Source: Antedon mediterranea (Eukaryota > Animalia > Echinodermata). Taken from it: a stretch of DNA of 64,000 bases. The stretch is taken from positions 16,430,001 through 16,494,000 of the forward strand of contig NC_092671.1 of assembly GCF_964355755.1 (NCBI RefSeq), given 5' to 3'. The notes below the pieces were generated by a model. It made no database searches and was not told the origin of the DNA. It worked only from the letters and a program-made list of their open reading frames with translations. This document shows, piece by piece, positions 40,653-53,800 of the stretch. The translations under genes and the position numbers were made by a program. The first letter of the stretch is position 1. The number at the start of each line of letters is the position of its first letter.

Positions 40653-42599
40653 TTTCCTATTTATTACATATGCATTTATGCGCAAATAAATATGAAATTT
40701 TTACTTTATTTTCATATAATTTGACAATTGTGCAAGTTCTTTATAAATAATTTCACATAAAAGCACTTAAAGTATTAAATAGTTACGTAAATGTTTGTAT
40801 AAATAAGAGCCAACTTAAGTTAGACAACTAATTTCAATAATTGAGTAACAAAGATACTCATATTGTCATTTAGTTTGCGTGAAATATAAAACTCGCATAA
40901 ATCATGTAATTTACAATTTACTTAAATAGTATTATTGTCCATGTCCATTCAATACATTTATAGAGGACAAAATGCTTAATATGCCAATGACTGATATAAT
41001 TAGTCCTAATCCAGTATTATTAATAATTATGATGGTCACACAGTGTGCTTAAGAAGATAATGTAATAAATTGCTGTGGAAAATGTCCAGTTTGGTGTGTT
41101 ATATTTTTTTGCTAATTTAGAATATGTCTATTAAATAAACAATTTACTTTTCTTTATAATACAATTTGATTTCTAAGACATTCCCGTACAGACTGCACCT
41201 AGTCTTTCTGAATCTACCATTCAGAATGCATCCTAACAATCCCTCCAATTAGTTGAAAGTCTTGGTGCATATGTATCCAAGATTTGAAACTTTAAAGATG
41301 TATTGTCTGCCAAAAACATGAAAAAATAAAGATAAAATCAGACTTTCAATAGGCAAAACAATATTATTTCACTTATAAAAAGACAAACGAAAACATTTTA
41401 ACCAAAAACCATTGTCTGATAGTATTGCTTTAAATTACATTTCTTTCCCCGATCCAGTTTTTGGTCAAAGTGAATAACTATTACGTGACATGTAAATGGC
41501 ATATTCAACAAAAAAAATGTATTTAGTGGGAAAATATATCTTTAAATGTATTCTGGTTACCATGACTACATAACATGAAGATTATACTTATATAATTGAT
41601 AGTACTTCGTCGGCAAAAGTTCTGTCGACCATTTGGAATCTTGGATACGAACGGGCTCTGTAGAAAACGCTATACAAACTAATGGAGACCGCAATTTTAA
41701 TTGTAAAAATATATTAATGTCAGTTTCACATTTTTTAAATACTGAAATGCAATATATCAACTTTAATCTACCTTTTCCGTTATTATATCCAAAACCAATT
41801 TATGGCAAATATGTTTATCATCATTAATACTGTATATCTGCATTACCTTAATTAGTTCAGACATGCTACTTACTATTAAATTGATTAATTGCATTCAGTT
41901 GATGTATATTTATATAACTAAGCCAATAAAATTCTAATTTACTAAAGATTAATACTTCTTTTATAGATAGATTGCCGATGGAGTAAATGTGCACAAATAC
42001 ATAACTAGGCCCAAGTACAATAAAAGAACACTTACACAAATGACTGTTTTTTTTTTGGTGTTGTTAAAACTACAATAATGAAATGCATATTAGAAGTAAT
42101 AATACATATTATATTATAACTTTTACCATTAAACCGTATAATAAAGTATACTATTTATGATTCTCATTAATTATCGGCAAATGACATTTATGCATCTTAG
42201 TTATATATTTAATTGTATTTTTTTTTAAACATGACTAAAATATCGGAAAATAAGAGTCAACATTTGCAAATTGTTTGACTAAATATATATACTACTGTAC
42301 ATCAATTTTCTGTAAACATCCATATGAATGATGATAATTAATTAATTAATCAGTTCGGTTCCTCCTGCATCATCATAAAGATGATACCGTAATACATGCG
42401 CATCTTGCAATACTGTCGCCAAAATGTTAATGATTTTAAATGATATTTTGCTCTTTTATTGTTAGTGTTCATGAAATGTTTCTTTTATATTCCAGGTACA
42501 TCATAATAGGCCTGTATATTAGCTAATAGATATTAGCAAGACAAAAGTAATCTTGTTCTACCATTTCTTGACTACATCATATGTGATCTGAAAAAGTTT

Positions 42600-43946
42600 T
42601 CACAGGTAACCAGTTACGACTTCATAATACGATGATAACGCAAATATGCCAATACATAACAATCTTTGACTTTTGAAAATAACCAATTTTGCCAAAATTT
42701 CGACCCTTTAATTGTTTTGACATAACTGAAGATGATAACGCAAAATATGGTCATTACCTGCATAACAATTGCATTTTGAAAAGGTTCATATTTTGCCAAT
42801 TTTTTCAAATGTCTCTGTACTATAATAATTCAAGGATTTTTAGTCACGTGCAACGCGACTCTACAGCTGACTATGCCGGTCTGTTGGTCGATAGGTAAAC
42901 ACTAACTCAAATTTGATTGCAGCCATGTATATGGCCTTGTTTAAAAAAAAATAACGCGATTTTGACCCTTTATTTTTTTACATAATTGCTTGCTATGAAT
43001 CTATAGGACATAATAACACAATACCGTGCTCCTATATGCCAATATTATTGTATAACAATACTTTTAAACTATCAAGGTATATATCAAATATAAGGGTCGA
43101 AATTACTATAGTACAAGAATTACAAAAACAATTTCGACCTTTTTATTTTTCGTCATAACTGGTTACTACGGTATATTATAATTAACATGCGCAGAAGACA
43201 TTGTATGATTCTGCGCATATCAATTATGATATGGTAACCAGTTATATAAAAAAATTAAATTGTCGAAATTTGGAAATTTTTGAAAATTTTTCTGTACTAT
43301 AGTACAAGGATTTTTTACTAAAAAATTCCAAATTTCGACCTTTTTATTTTTCGTCATAACTAGTTACTATGTTATAACTGGTAACTACAATTCTTCCAAA
43401 ATTTCCCTGTACTATTACAAGGATTTTTCCCCAAAAATTGCAAAATTTCGACCTTTCTATTTTACGTCATAACTGGTTACTATATTATAATTAACATTCG
43501 CAGAATTTGTAATAAATTTCCAAAAATTGCCAAATTTTAACCTTTTTATTTTTTTAATATAACATGAGCAGAACACATTAGGCCTATATGCGCAAATCAA
43601 TTATGATATAGTAACCATTTATGTCAACAAAAAAAAGTATCGACATTTTCCCTTAACTAAAAAAAAACACGCCAGAATCATATAATGTATTCTGCGCATG
43701 TTAATTACAATATAGTAACCAGTTCTGACGTAAAGTAAAAAGGTCGAAATTTTGGGAAAAAAATCCTTGTACAGGGACATTTTTTAAGAATTGCCAAATT
43801 TCGAAATCTTTATTTTTCGTCATAACTGGTTACTAAATCATAATTGACATGCGCAGAACACATTATATGATTCTGCGCATATCAATTTTGAGTCGAAATT
43901 TGGCAATTTTTCAAAAATTTCCCTGTACTATATATATAGTACATGG
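42600..43946. repeat. Modular repeat family X, left part
   Basis: Modules ACATGCGCAGAAC, AATTTCGACC, CTGTACTATAGTACA and TAACTGGTTACTA reshuffled in both orientations. They resume at 58800-59640 and 60820-61160. Confidence 0.7.
42837..42941 (+). mobile_element. Miniature HINE/DINE-1-like element (~105 bp)
   Basis: TTTTTAGTCACGTGCAACGCGACTCTA...GCCATGTATATGGCCTTGTT has the same ends as the ~805-bp copies. Confidence 0.6.
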
Positions 43947-44380
43947 ATTTTTAGTCGCGTGGACGCGACTCTATAGTTCACTATGTCGGTCGGTCGGTCG
44001 GTCTGTCGGTCTGTCGGTCCGGTATAACTATGCGATTTATCGCTTTCTGACCTTATCTTGATATCAGTTTAATCTAGCTATGTCAATTTTTCACAGTATA
44101 TTCCTTATGGCCAGGAATCGATGTGGTTATGTTTTCACGGTGCGCAATAAAAAATTACGCGGTCTACGCACGATTTAACGAAATCACGTTTGTAATCATA
44201 TCTTCACAACCATGAATCACAATTAAATAAAATTTGGTACTCATAAATTTCAGGGCATAAATCATCAAATGGCAATACAATTACGTGCGTAGCGCATGTA
44301 ACGCATGCGTACGCGCGCTTAAAATTTTCAAAATTTAGTTTCGATGAAATAAGAGTACGTTTCAGGCAATTTTAAGCGCT
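43947..44380 (+). mobile_element. HINE/DINE-1-like element, 5' half
   Basis: TTTTTAGTCGCGT-GG-ACGCGACT hairpin and (GTCG/GTCT)n tract. The body is near-identical to 50045-50512 and joins directly to the satellite. Confidence 0.75.
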
Positions 44381-47300
44381 CACTCACTGCTTATATCAAT
44401 ATACTATATTTTTTTAGTTTCTGCCTAAGTCAGCTGTGCGACTTAGGCAATTAAGGAGAGCTGACTTATGATCTGCCTAAGTCACTGCTTATATCAATAT
44501 ACTGCCCTCTGTACATTATCTGAGTGCTTTTATATACATTTGCACATGCTCAGATCGTTTTTTTTTGTGTTTTTGCCTAAGTCAGCTGTGTGACTTAGGC
44601 AATTAAGGAGAGGAGACTCATGATTTTTTAAATAAAATAAGAAATACATTTTTATAGTATATTTTTTAACCCATTTGTTACAAATTCTTTCTCTTTTATT
44701 GCTACTTTCCTTTTCTAAAATCATCAGTGTTAATTTTAATCTGAAGAGCTGATGCTATTAAATTTGGTTACTTAAAGGTAGCATTTTTTGTATATAAATG
44801 ATATCGACAGCCTCATAACAAAAGTGTCTAAGTCATAATTTTTTTTTTCTGCCTACCTCACTGCTTATATCAATATACTATATTTTTTGTGTTTCTGCCT
44901 AAGTCAGCTGTGTGACTTAGGCAATTAAGGAGAGCTGACTTGTGATCTGCCTAACTCACTGCTTATATCAATATACTATATTTTTTTGTGTTTCTGCCTA
45001 AGTCAGCTGTGTGACTTAGGCAATTAAGGAGAGCTGACTTATGATCTGCCTAACTCACTGCTTATATCTTTATACTGCCCTCTGTACATTATCTGAGTGC
45101 TTTTATATACATTTGCACATGCTCAGATCGTTTTTTGTGTTTCTGCCTAAGTCAGCTGTGTGACTTAGGCAATTAAGGAGAGGAGACTCATGATTTTTTA
45201 AATAAAATAAGAAATACATTTTTATAGTATATTTTTTAACCCATTTGTTACAAATACTTTCTCTTTTATTGCTACTTTCCTTTTCTAAAATCATCAGTGT
45301 TAATTTTAATCTGAAGAGCTGATGCTATTAAATTTTGTTACTTAAAGGTAGAATTTTTTGTATATAGATGATATCGACAGCCTCATAACAAAAGTATCTA
45401 AGTCATAATTTTTGATTTGTTTTTCTGCCTAACTCACTCATGCTTATATCAATATACTATATTTGTTGTGTTCTGCCCAAGTCAGCTGTGTGACTTAGGC
45501 AATTAAGGAGAGCTGACTTATGATCTGCCTAACTCACTGCTTATATCTTTATACTGCCCTCTGTACATTATCTGAGTGCTTTTATATACATTTGCACATG
45601 CTCAGATCGTTTTTTTTTTGTGTTTCTGCCTAAGTCAGCTGTGTGACTTAGGCAATTAAGGAGAGGAGACTCATGATTTTTTATTAAATAAAATAAGAAA
45701 TACATTTTTATAGTATATTTTTTAACCCATTTGTTACAAATTCTTTCTCTTTTATTGCTACTTTCCTTTTCTAAAATCATCAGTGTTAATTTTAATCTGA
45801 AGAGCTGATGCTATTAAATTTTGTTACTTAAAGGTAGAATTTTTTTTATATAGATGATATCGACAGCCTCATAACAAAAGTATCTAAGTCATAATTTTTT
45901 TTTCTGCCTAACTCACTGCTTATATCAATATACTATATTTTTTGTGTTTCTGCCTAAGTCAGCTGTGTGACTTAGGCAATTATGGAGAGCTGACTTATGA
46001 TCTGCCTAAGTCACTGCTTATATCTTTATACTGCCCTCTGTACATTATCTGAGTGCTTTTATATACATTTGCACATGCTCAGATCGTTTTTTGTTTTGTT
46101 TTTGCCTAAGTCAGCTGTGTGACTTAGGCAATTAAGGAGAGGAGACTCATGATTTTTTAAATAAAATAAGAAATACATTTTTATAGTATATTTTTTAACC
46201 CATTTGTTACAAATTCTTTCTGTTTATTGCTACTTTCCTTTTCTAAAATCATCAGTGTTGATTTTAATCTGAAGAGCTGATGCTATTAAATTTGGTTACT
46301 TTAAGGTAGCATTTTTTTGTATATAGATGATATCGACAGCCTCATAACAAAAGTGTCTAAGTCATAATTTTTTTTTTCTGCCTACCTCACTGCTTATATC
46401 AATATACTATATTTTTTGTGTTTCTGCCTAAGTCAGCTGTGTGACTTAGGCAATTAAGGAGAGCTGACTTATGATCTGCCTAACTCACTGCTTATATCAA
46501 TATACTATATTTTTTGTGTTTCTGCCTAAGTCAGCTGTGTGACTTAGGCAATTAAGGAGAGCTGACTTATGATCTGCCTAAGTCACTGCTTATATCTTTA
46601 TACTGCCCTCTGTACATTATCTGAGTGCTTTTATATACATTTGCACATGCTCAGATCGTTTTTTGTTGTGTTTTTGCCTAAGTCAGCTGTGTGACTTAGG
46701 CAATTAAGGAGAGGAGACTAATGATTTTTTAAATAAAATAAGAAGTACATTTTTATAGTATATTTTTTAACCCATTTGTTACAAATTCTTTCTCTTTTAT
46801 TGCTACTTTCCTTTTCTAAAATCATCAGTGTTAATTTTAATCTGAAGAGCTGATGCTATTAAATTTGGTTACTTAAAGGTAGCATTTTTTTGTATATAGA
46901 TGATATCGACAGCCTCATAACAAAAGTGTCTAAGTCATAATTTTTTTTTTTCTGCCTACCTCACTGCTTATATCAATATACTATATTTTTTGTGTTTCTG
47001 CCTAAGTCAGCTGTGTGACTTAGGCAATTAAGGAGAGCTGACTTGTGATCTGCCTAACTCACTGCTTATATCAATATACTATATTTTTTTGTGTTTCTGC
47101 CTAAGTCAGCTGTGTGACTTAGGCAATTAAGGAGAGCTGACTTATGATCTGCCTAACTCACTGCTTATATCTTTATACTGCCCTCTGTACATTATCTGAG
47201 TGCTTTTATATACATTTGCACATGCTCAGATCGTTTTTTGTGTTTCTGCCTAAGTCAGCTGTGTGACTTAGGCAATTAAGGAGAGGAGACTCATGATTTT

Positions 47301-50044
47301 TTAAATAAAATAAGAAATACATTTTTATAGTATATTTTTTAACCCATTTGTTACAAATACTTTCTCTTTTATTGCTACTTTCCTTTTCTAAAATCATCAG
47401 TGTTAATTTTAATCTGAAGAGCTGATGCTATTAAATTTTGTTACTTAAAGGTAGAATTTTTTGTATATAGATGATATCGACAGCCTCATAACAAAAGTAT
47501 CTAAGTCATAATTTTTGTTTTGTTTTTCTGCCTAACTCACTCATGCTTATATCAATATACTATATTTGTTGTGTTCTGCCCAAGTCAGCTGTGTGACTTA
47601 GGCAATTAAGGAGAGCTGACTTATGATCTGCCTAACTCACTGCTTATATCTTTATACTGCCCTCTGTACATTATCTGAGTGCTTTTATATACATTTGCAC
47701 ATGCTCAAATCGGTTTTTTTTTGTGTTTCTGCCTAAGTCAGCTGTGTGACTTAGGCAATTAAGGAGAGGAGACTCATGATTTTTTATTAAATAAAATAAG
47801 AAATACATTTTTATAGTATATTTTTTAACCCATTTGTTACAAATTCTTTCTCTTTTATTGCTACTTTCCTTTTCTAAAATCATCAGTGTTAATTTTAATC
47901 TGAAGAGCTGATGCTATTAAATTTTGTTACTTAAAGGTAGAATTTTTTGTATATAGATGATATCGACAGCCTCATAACAAAAGTGTCTAAGTCATAATTT
48001 TTTTTTCTGCCTAACTCACTGCTTATATCAATATACTATATTTTTTGTGTTTCTGCCTAAGTCAGCTGTGTGACTTAGGCAATTATGGAGAGCTGACTTA
48101 TGATCTGCCTAAGTCACTGCTTATATCTTTATACTGCCCTCTGTACATTATCTGAGTGCTTTTATATACATTTGCACATGCTCAGATCGTTTTTTGTTTT
48201 GTTTTTGCCTAAGTCAGCTGTGTGACTTAGGCAATTAAGGAGAGGAGACTCATGATTTTTTAAATAAAATAAGAAATACATTTTTATAGTATATTTTTTA
48301 ACCCATTTGTTACAAATTCTTTCTCTTTATTGCTACTTTCCTTTTCTAAAATCATCAGTGTTAATTTTAATCTGAAGAGCTGATGCTATTAAATTTGGTT
48401 ACTTTAAGGTAGCATTTTTTTGTATATAGATGATATCGACAGCCTCATAACAAAAGTGTCTAAGTCATAATTTTTTTTTTCTGCCTACCTCACTGCTTAT
48501 ATCAATATACTATATTTTTTGTGTTTCTGCCTAAGTCAGCTGTGTGACTTAGGCAATTAAGGAGAGCTGACTTATGATCTTCCTAACTCACTGCTTATAT
48601 CAATATACTATATTTTTTGTGTTTCTGCCTAAGTCAGCTGTGTGACTTAGGCAATTAAGGAGAGCTGACTTATGATCTGCCTAACTCACTGATTATATCT
48701 TTATACTGCCCTCTGTACATTATCTGAGTGCTTTTATATACATTTGCACATGCTCAGATCGTTTTTTGTTTTGTTTTTGCCTAAGTCAGCTGTGTGACTT
48801 AGGCAATTAAGGAGAGGAGACTCATGATTTTTTAAATAAAATAAGAAATACATTTTTATAGTATATTTTTTAACCCATTTGTTACAAATTCTTTCTCTTT
48901 ATTGCTACTTTCCTTTTTTAAAATCATCAGTGTTGATTTTAATCTGAAGAGCTGATGCTATTAAATTTGGTTACTTAAAGGTAGCATTTTTTTGTATATA
49001 GATGATATCGACAGCCTCATAACAAAAGTGTCTAAGTCATAATTTTTTTTTTCTGTCTACCTCACTGCTTATATCAATATACTATATTTTTTGTGTTTCT
49101 GCCTAAGTCAGCTGTGTGACTTAGGCAATTAAGGAGAGCTGACTTATGATCTGCCTAACTCACTGCTTATATCAATATACTATATTTTTTGTGTTTCTGC
49201 CTAAGTCAGCTGTGTGACTTAGGCAATTAAGGAGAGCTGACTTATGATCTGCCTAACTCACTGATTATATCTTTATACTGCCCTCTGTACATTATCTATC
49301 TTTTATATACATTTGCACATGCTCAGATCGTTTTTTGTGTTTCTGCCCAAGTCAGCTGTGTGACTTAGGCAATTAAGGAGAGGAGACTCATGATTTTTTA
49401 AATAAAATACGAAATACATTTTTATAGTATATTTTTTAACCCATTTGTTACAAATTCTTTCTTTTTTATTGCTACTTTCCTTTTCTAAAATCATCAGTGT
49501 TAATTTTAATCTGAAGAGCTGATGCTATTAAATTTTGTTACTTAAAGGTAGAATTTTTTTGTATATAGATGATATCGACAGCCTCATAACAAAAGTGTCT
49601 AAGTCATAATTTTTGTTTTGTTTTTCTGCCTAACTCACTCATGCTTATATCAATATACTATATTTGTTGTGTTCTGCCCAAGTCAGCTGTGTGACTTAGG
49701 CAATTAAGGAGAGCTGACTTATGATCTGCCTAACTCACTGCTTATATCTTTATACTGCCCTCTGTACATTATCTGAGTGCTTTTATATAGACATTTGCAC
49801 ATGCTCAGATCGTTTTTTTTTTGTATGTTTCTGCCTAAGTCAGCTGTGTGACTTAGGCAATTAAGGAGAGGAGACTCATGATTTTTTATTAAATAAAATA
49901 AGAAATACATTTTTAGAGTATATTTTTTAACCCATTTGTTACAAATTCTTTCTCTTTTATTGCTACTTTCCTTTTCTAAAATCATCAGTGTTAATTTTAA
50001 TCTGAAGAGCTGATGCTATTAAATTTTGTTACTTAAAGGTAGCA

Positions 50045-50852
50045 TTTTTAGTCGCGTGAAAGCGACTCTATAGTTCACTATGTCTGTCTGTCGGTCTGTC
50101 TGTCGGTCTGTCTGTCGGTCTGTCTGTCGGTCTGTCTGTCTGTCTGTCGGTCCGGTATCACTATGCGTTTTATCGCTTTATGACCTTATCTTGATATCAG
50201 TTTAATCTAGCTAAGTCAATTTTTCACAGAATATTCTCTTATGGCCAGGAATCGATGTGGTTATGTTTTCACGGTGCGCAATAAAAAATTACGCGGTCTA
50301 CGCACGATTTAACGAAATCACGTTTGTAATCATTATCTTAACAACCATGAATCACAATTAAATAAAATTTGGTACTCATAAATTTCAGGGCATAAATCAT
50401 CATATAGCAATACAATTACGTGCGTAGCGCATGTAACGCATGCGTACGCGCGCTTAAAATTTTCCAAATTTATTTTCGATGAAATAAGAGTACGTTTCAG
50501 GCAATTTTAAGCGTTTACAAAATTGCCATGAGTGCGCAGATTTTTTCGTGCGCACTGCGCGTTAAATGTTATTGCGCACTCATTTTGCCCGATTTCTGTT
50601 TTCTTGACTTACTTTTCAACTCGAAATTACGTTATACGAGCACGTCAAAAGTGACAGGCTACGCACGTGTAAATTAAAAAAATTTAAATGTTTTTAAACA
50701 TTTCAACATTTTTAAACATGTTCAGTAATTTCGGTCAGTATAGTTCACTATGTCGGTCGGTCCGTCTGTCTGTCGGTCTGTCGGTCTGTTTGTCTGTCGG
50801 TCCGGTATCACTATGCATTGTAGCACGCGACTTAATGGCTGTTGGCCTTGTT
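50045..50852 (+). mobile_element. Full-length HINE/DINE-1-like non-autonomous Helentron-type element
   Basis: 5' T-run + AGTCGCGTG; GTCT/GTCG microsatellite block present twice; 3' subterminal inverted repeat CACGCGACT, then small stem-loop GGCTGTTGGCC and TTGTT. No TSD seen. Confidence 0.75.
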
Positions 50853-53800
50853 TATATACATCTGCACATGCTCATATCGTTTTTTTGTGTTTCTGCCTAA
50901 GCCAGCTGTGTGACTTAGGCAATTAAGGAGAGCTGACTTATGATCTGCCTAACTCACTGCTTATATCTTTATACTGCCCTCTGTACATTATCTGAGTGCT
51001 TTTATATACATTTGCACATGCTCAGATCGTTTTTTGTTTTGTTTTTGCCTAAGTCAGCTGTGTGACTTAGGCAATTAAGGAGAGGAGACTCATGATTTTT
51101 TAAATAAAATAAGAAATACATTTTTATAGTATATTTTTTAACCCATTTGTTACAAATTCTTTCTCTTTTATTGCTACTTTCCTTTTCTAAAATCATCAGT
51201 GTTAATTTTAATCTGAAGAGCTGATGCTATTAAATTTGGTTACTTAAAGGTAGCATTTTTTGTATATAAATGATATCGACAGCCTCATAACAAAAGTGTC
51301 TAAGTCATAATTTTTGTTTTCTGCCTACCTCTCACTGCTTATATCAATATACTATATTTGTTGTGTTTCTGCCTAAGTCAGCTAGCTGTGTGACTTAGGC
51401 AATTAAGAAGAGCTGACTTATGATCTGCCTAACTCACTGCTTATATCAATATACTATATTTTTTGAGTTTCTGCCTAAGTCAGCTGTGTGACTTAGGCAA
51501 TTAAGGAGAGCTGACTTATGATCTGCCTAAGTCACTGCTTATATCTTTATACTGCCCTCTGTACATTATCTGAGTGCTTTTATATACATTTGCACATGCT
51601 CAGATCGTTTTTTTGTGTTTTTGCCTAAGTCAGCTGTGTGACTTAGGCAATTAAGGAGAGGAGACTAATGATTTTTTAAATAAAATAAGAAGTACATTTT
51701 TATAGTATATTTTTTAACCCATTTGTTACAAATTCTTTCTCTTTTATTGCTACTTTCCTTTTCTAAAATCATCAGTGTTAATTTTAATCTGAAGAGCTGA
51801 TGCTATTAAATTTGGTTACTTAAAGGTAGCATTTTTTTGTATATAGATGATATCGACAGCCTCATAACAAAAGTGTCTAAGTCATAATTTTTTTTTCTGC
51901 CTACCTCACTGCTTATATCAATATACTATATTTTTTGTGTTTCTGCCTAAGTCAGCTGTGTGACTTAGGCAATTAAGGAGAGCTGACTTGTGATCTGCCT
52001 AACTCACTGCTTATATCAATATACTATATTTTTTTGTGTTTCTGCCTAAGTCAGCTGTGTGACTTAGGCAATTAAGGAGAGCTGACTTATGATCTGCCTA
52101 ACTCACTGCTTATATCTTTATACTGCCCTCTGTACATTATCTGAGTGCTTTTATATACATTTGCACATGCTCAGATCGTTTTTTGTGTTTCTGCCTAAGT
52201 CAGCTGTGTGACTTAGGCAATTAAGGAGAGGAGACTCATGATTTTTTAAATAAAATAAGAAATACATTTTTATAGTATATTTTTTAACCCATTTGTTACA
52301 AATACTTTCTCTTTTATTGCTACTTTCCTTTTCTAAAATCATCAGTGTTAATTTTAATCTGAAGAGCTGATGCTATTAAATTTTGTTACTTAAAGGTAGA
52401 ATTTTTTGTATATAGATGATATCGACAGCCTCATAACAAAAGTATCTAAGTCATAATTTTTGATTTGTTTTTCTGCCTAACTCACTCATGCTTATATCAA
52501 TATACTATATTTGTTGTGTTCTGCCCAAGTCAGCTGTGTGACTTAGGCAATTAAGGAGAGCTGACTTATGATCTGCCTAACTCACTGCTTATATCTTTAT
52601 ACTGCCCTCTGTACATTATCTGAGTGCTTTTATATACATTTGCACATGCTCAGATCGTTTTTTTTTTGTGTTTCTGCCTAAGTCAGCTGTGTGACTTAGG
52701 CAATTAAGGAGAGGAGACTCATGATTTTTTATTAAATAAAATAAGAAATACATTTTTATAGTATATTTTTTAACCCATTTGTTACAAATTCTTTCTCTTT
52801 TATTGCTACTTTCCTTTTCTAAAATCATCAGTGTTAATTTTAATCTGAAGAGCTGATGCTATTAAATTTTGTTACTTAAAGGTAGAATTTTTTTTATATA
52901 GATGATATCGACAGCCTCATAACAAAAGTGTCTAAGTCATAATTTTTTTTTCTGCCTAACTCACTGCTTATATCAATATACTATATTTTTTGTGTTTCTG
53001 CCTAAGTCAGCTGTGTGACTTAGGCAATTATGGAGAGCTGACTTATGATCTGCCTAAGTCACTGCTTATATCTTTATACTGCCCTCTGTACATTATCTGA
53101 GTGCTTTTATATACATTTGCACATGCTCAGATCGTTTTTTGTTTTGTTTTTGCCTAAGTCAGCTGTGTGACTTAGGCAATTAAGGAGAGGAGACTCATGA
53201 TTTTTTAAATAAAATAAGAAATACATTTTTATAGTATATTTTTTAACCCATTTGTTACAAATTCTTTCTGTTTATTGCTACTTTCCTTTTCTAAAATCAT
53301 CAGTGTTGATTTTAATCTGAAGAGCTGATGCTATTAAATTTGGTTACTTTAAGGTAGCATTTTTTTGTATATAGATGATATCGACAGCCTCATAACAAAA
53401 GTGTCTAAGTCATAATTTTTTTTTTCTGCCTACCTCACTGCTTATATCAATATACTATATTTTTTGTGTTTCTGCCTAAGTCAGCTGTGTGACTTAGGCA
53501 ATTAAGGAGAGCTGACTTATGATCTGCCTAACTCACTGCTTATATCAATATACTATATTTTTTGTGTTTCTGCCTAAGTCAGCTGTGTGACTTAGGCAAT
53601 TAAGGAGAGCTGACTTATGATCTGCCTAAGTCACTGCTTATATCTTTATACTGCCCTCTGTACATTATCTGAGTGCTTTTATATACATTTGCACATGCTC
53701 AGATCGTTTTTTGTTGTGTTTTTGCCTAAGTCAGCTGTGTGACTTAGGCAATTAAGGAGAGGAGACTAATGATTTTTTAAATAAAATAAGAAGTACATTT

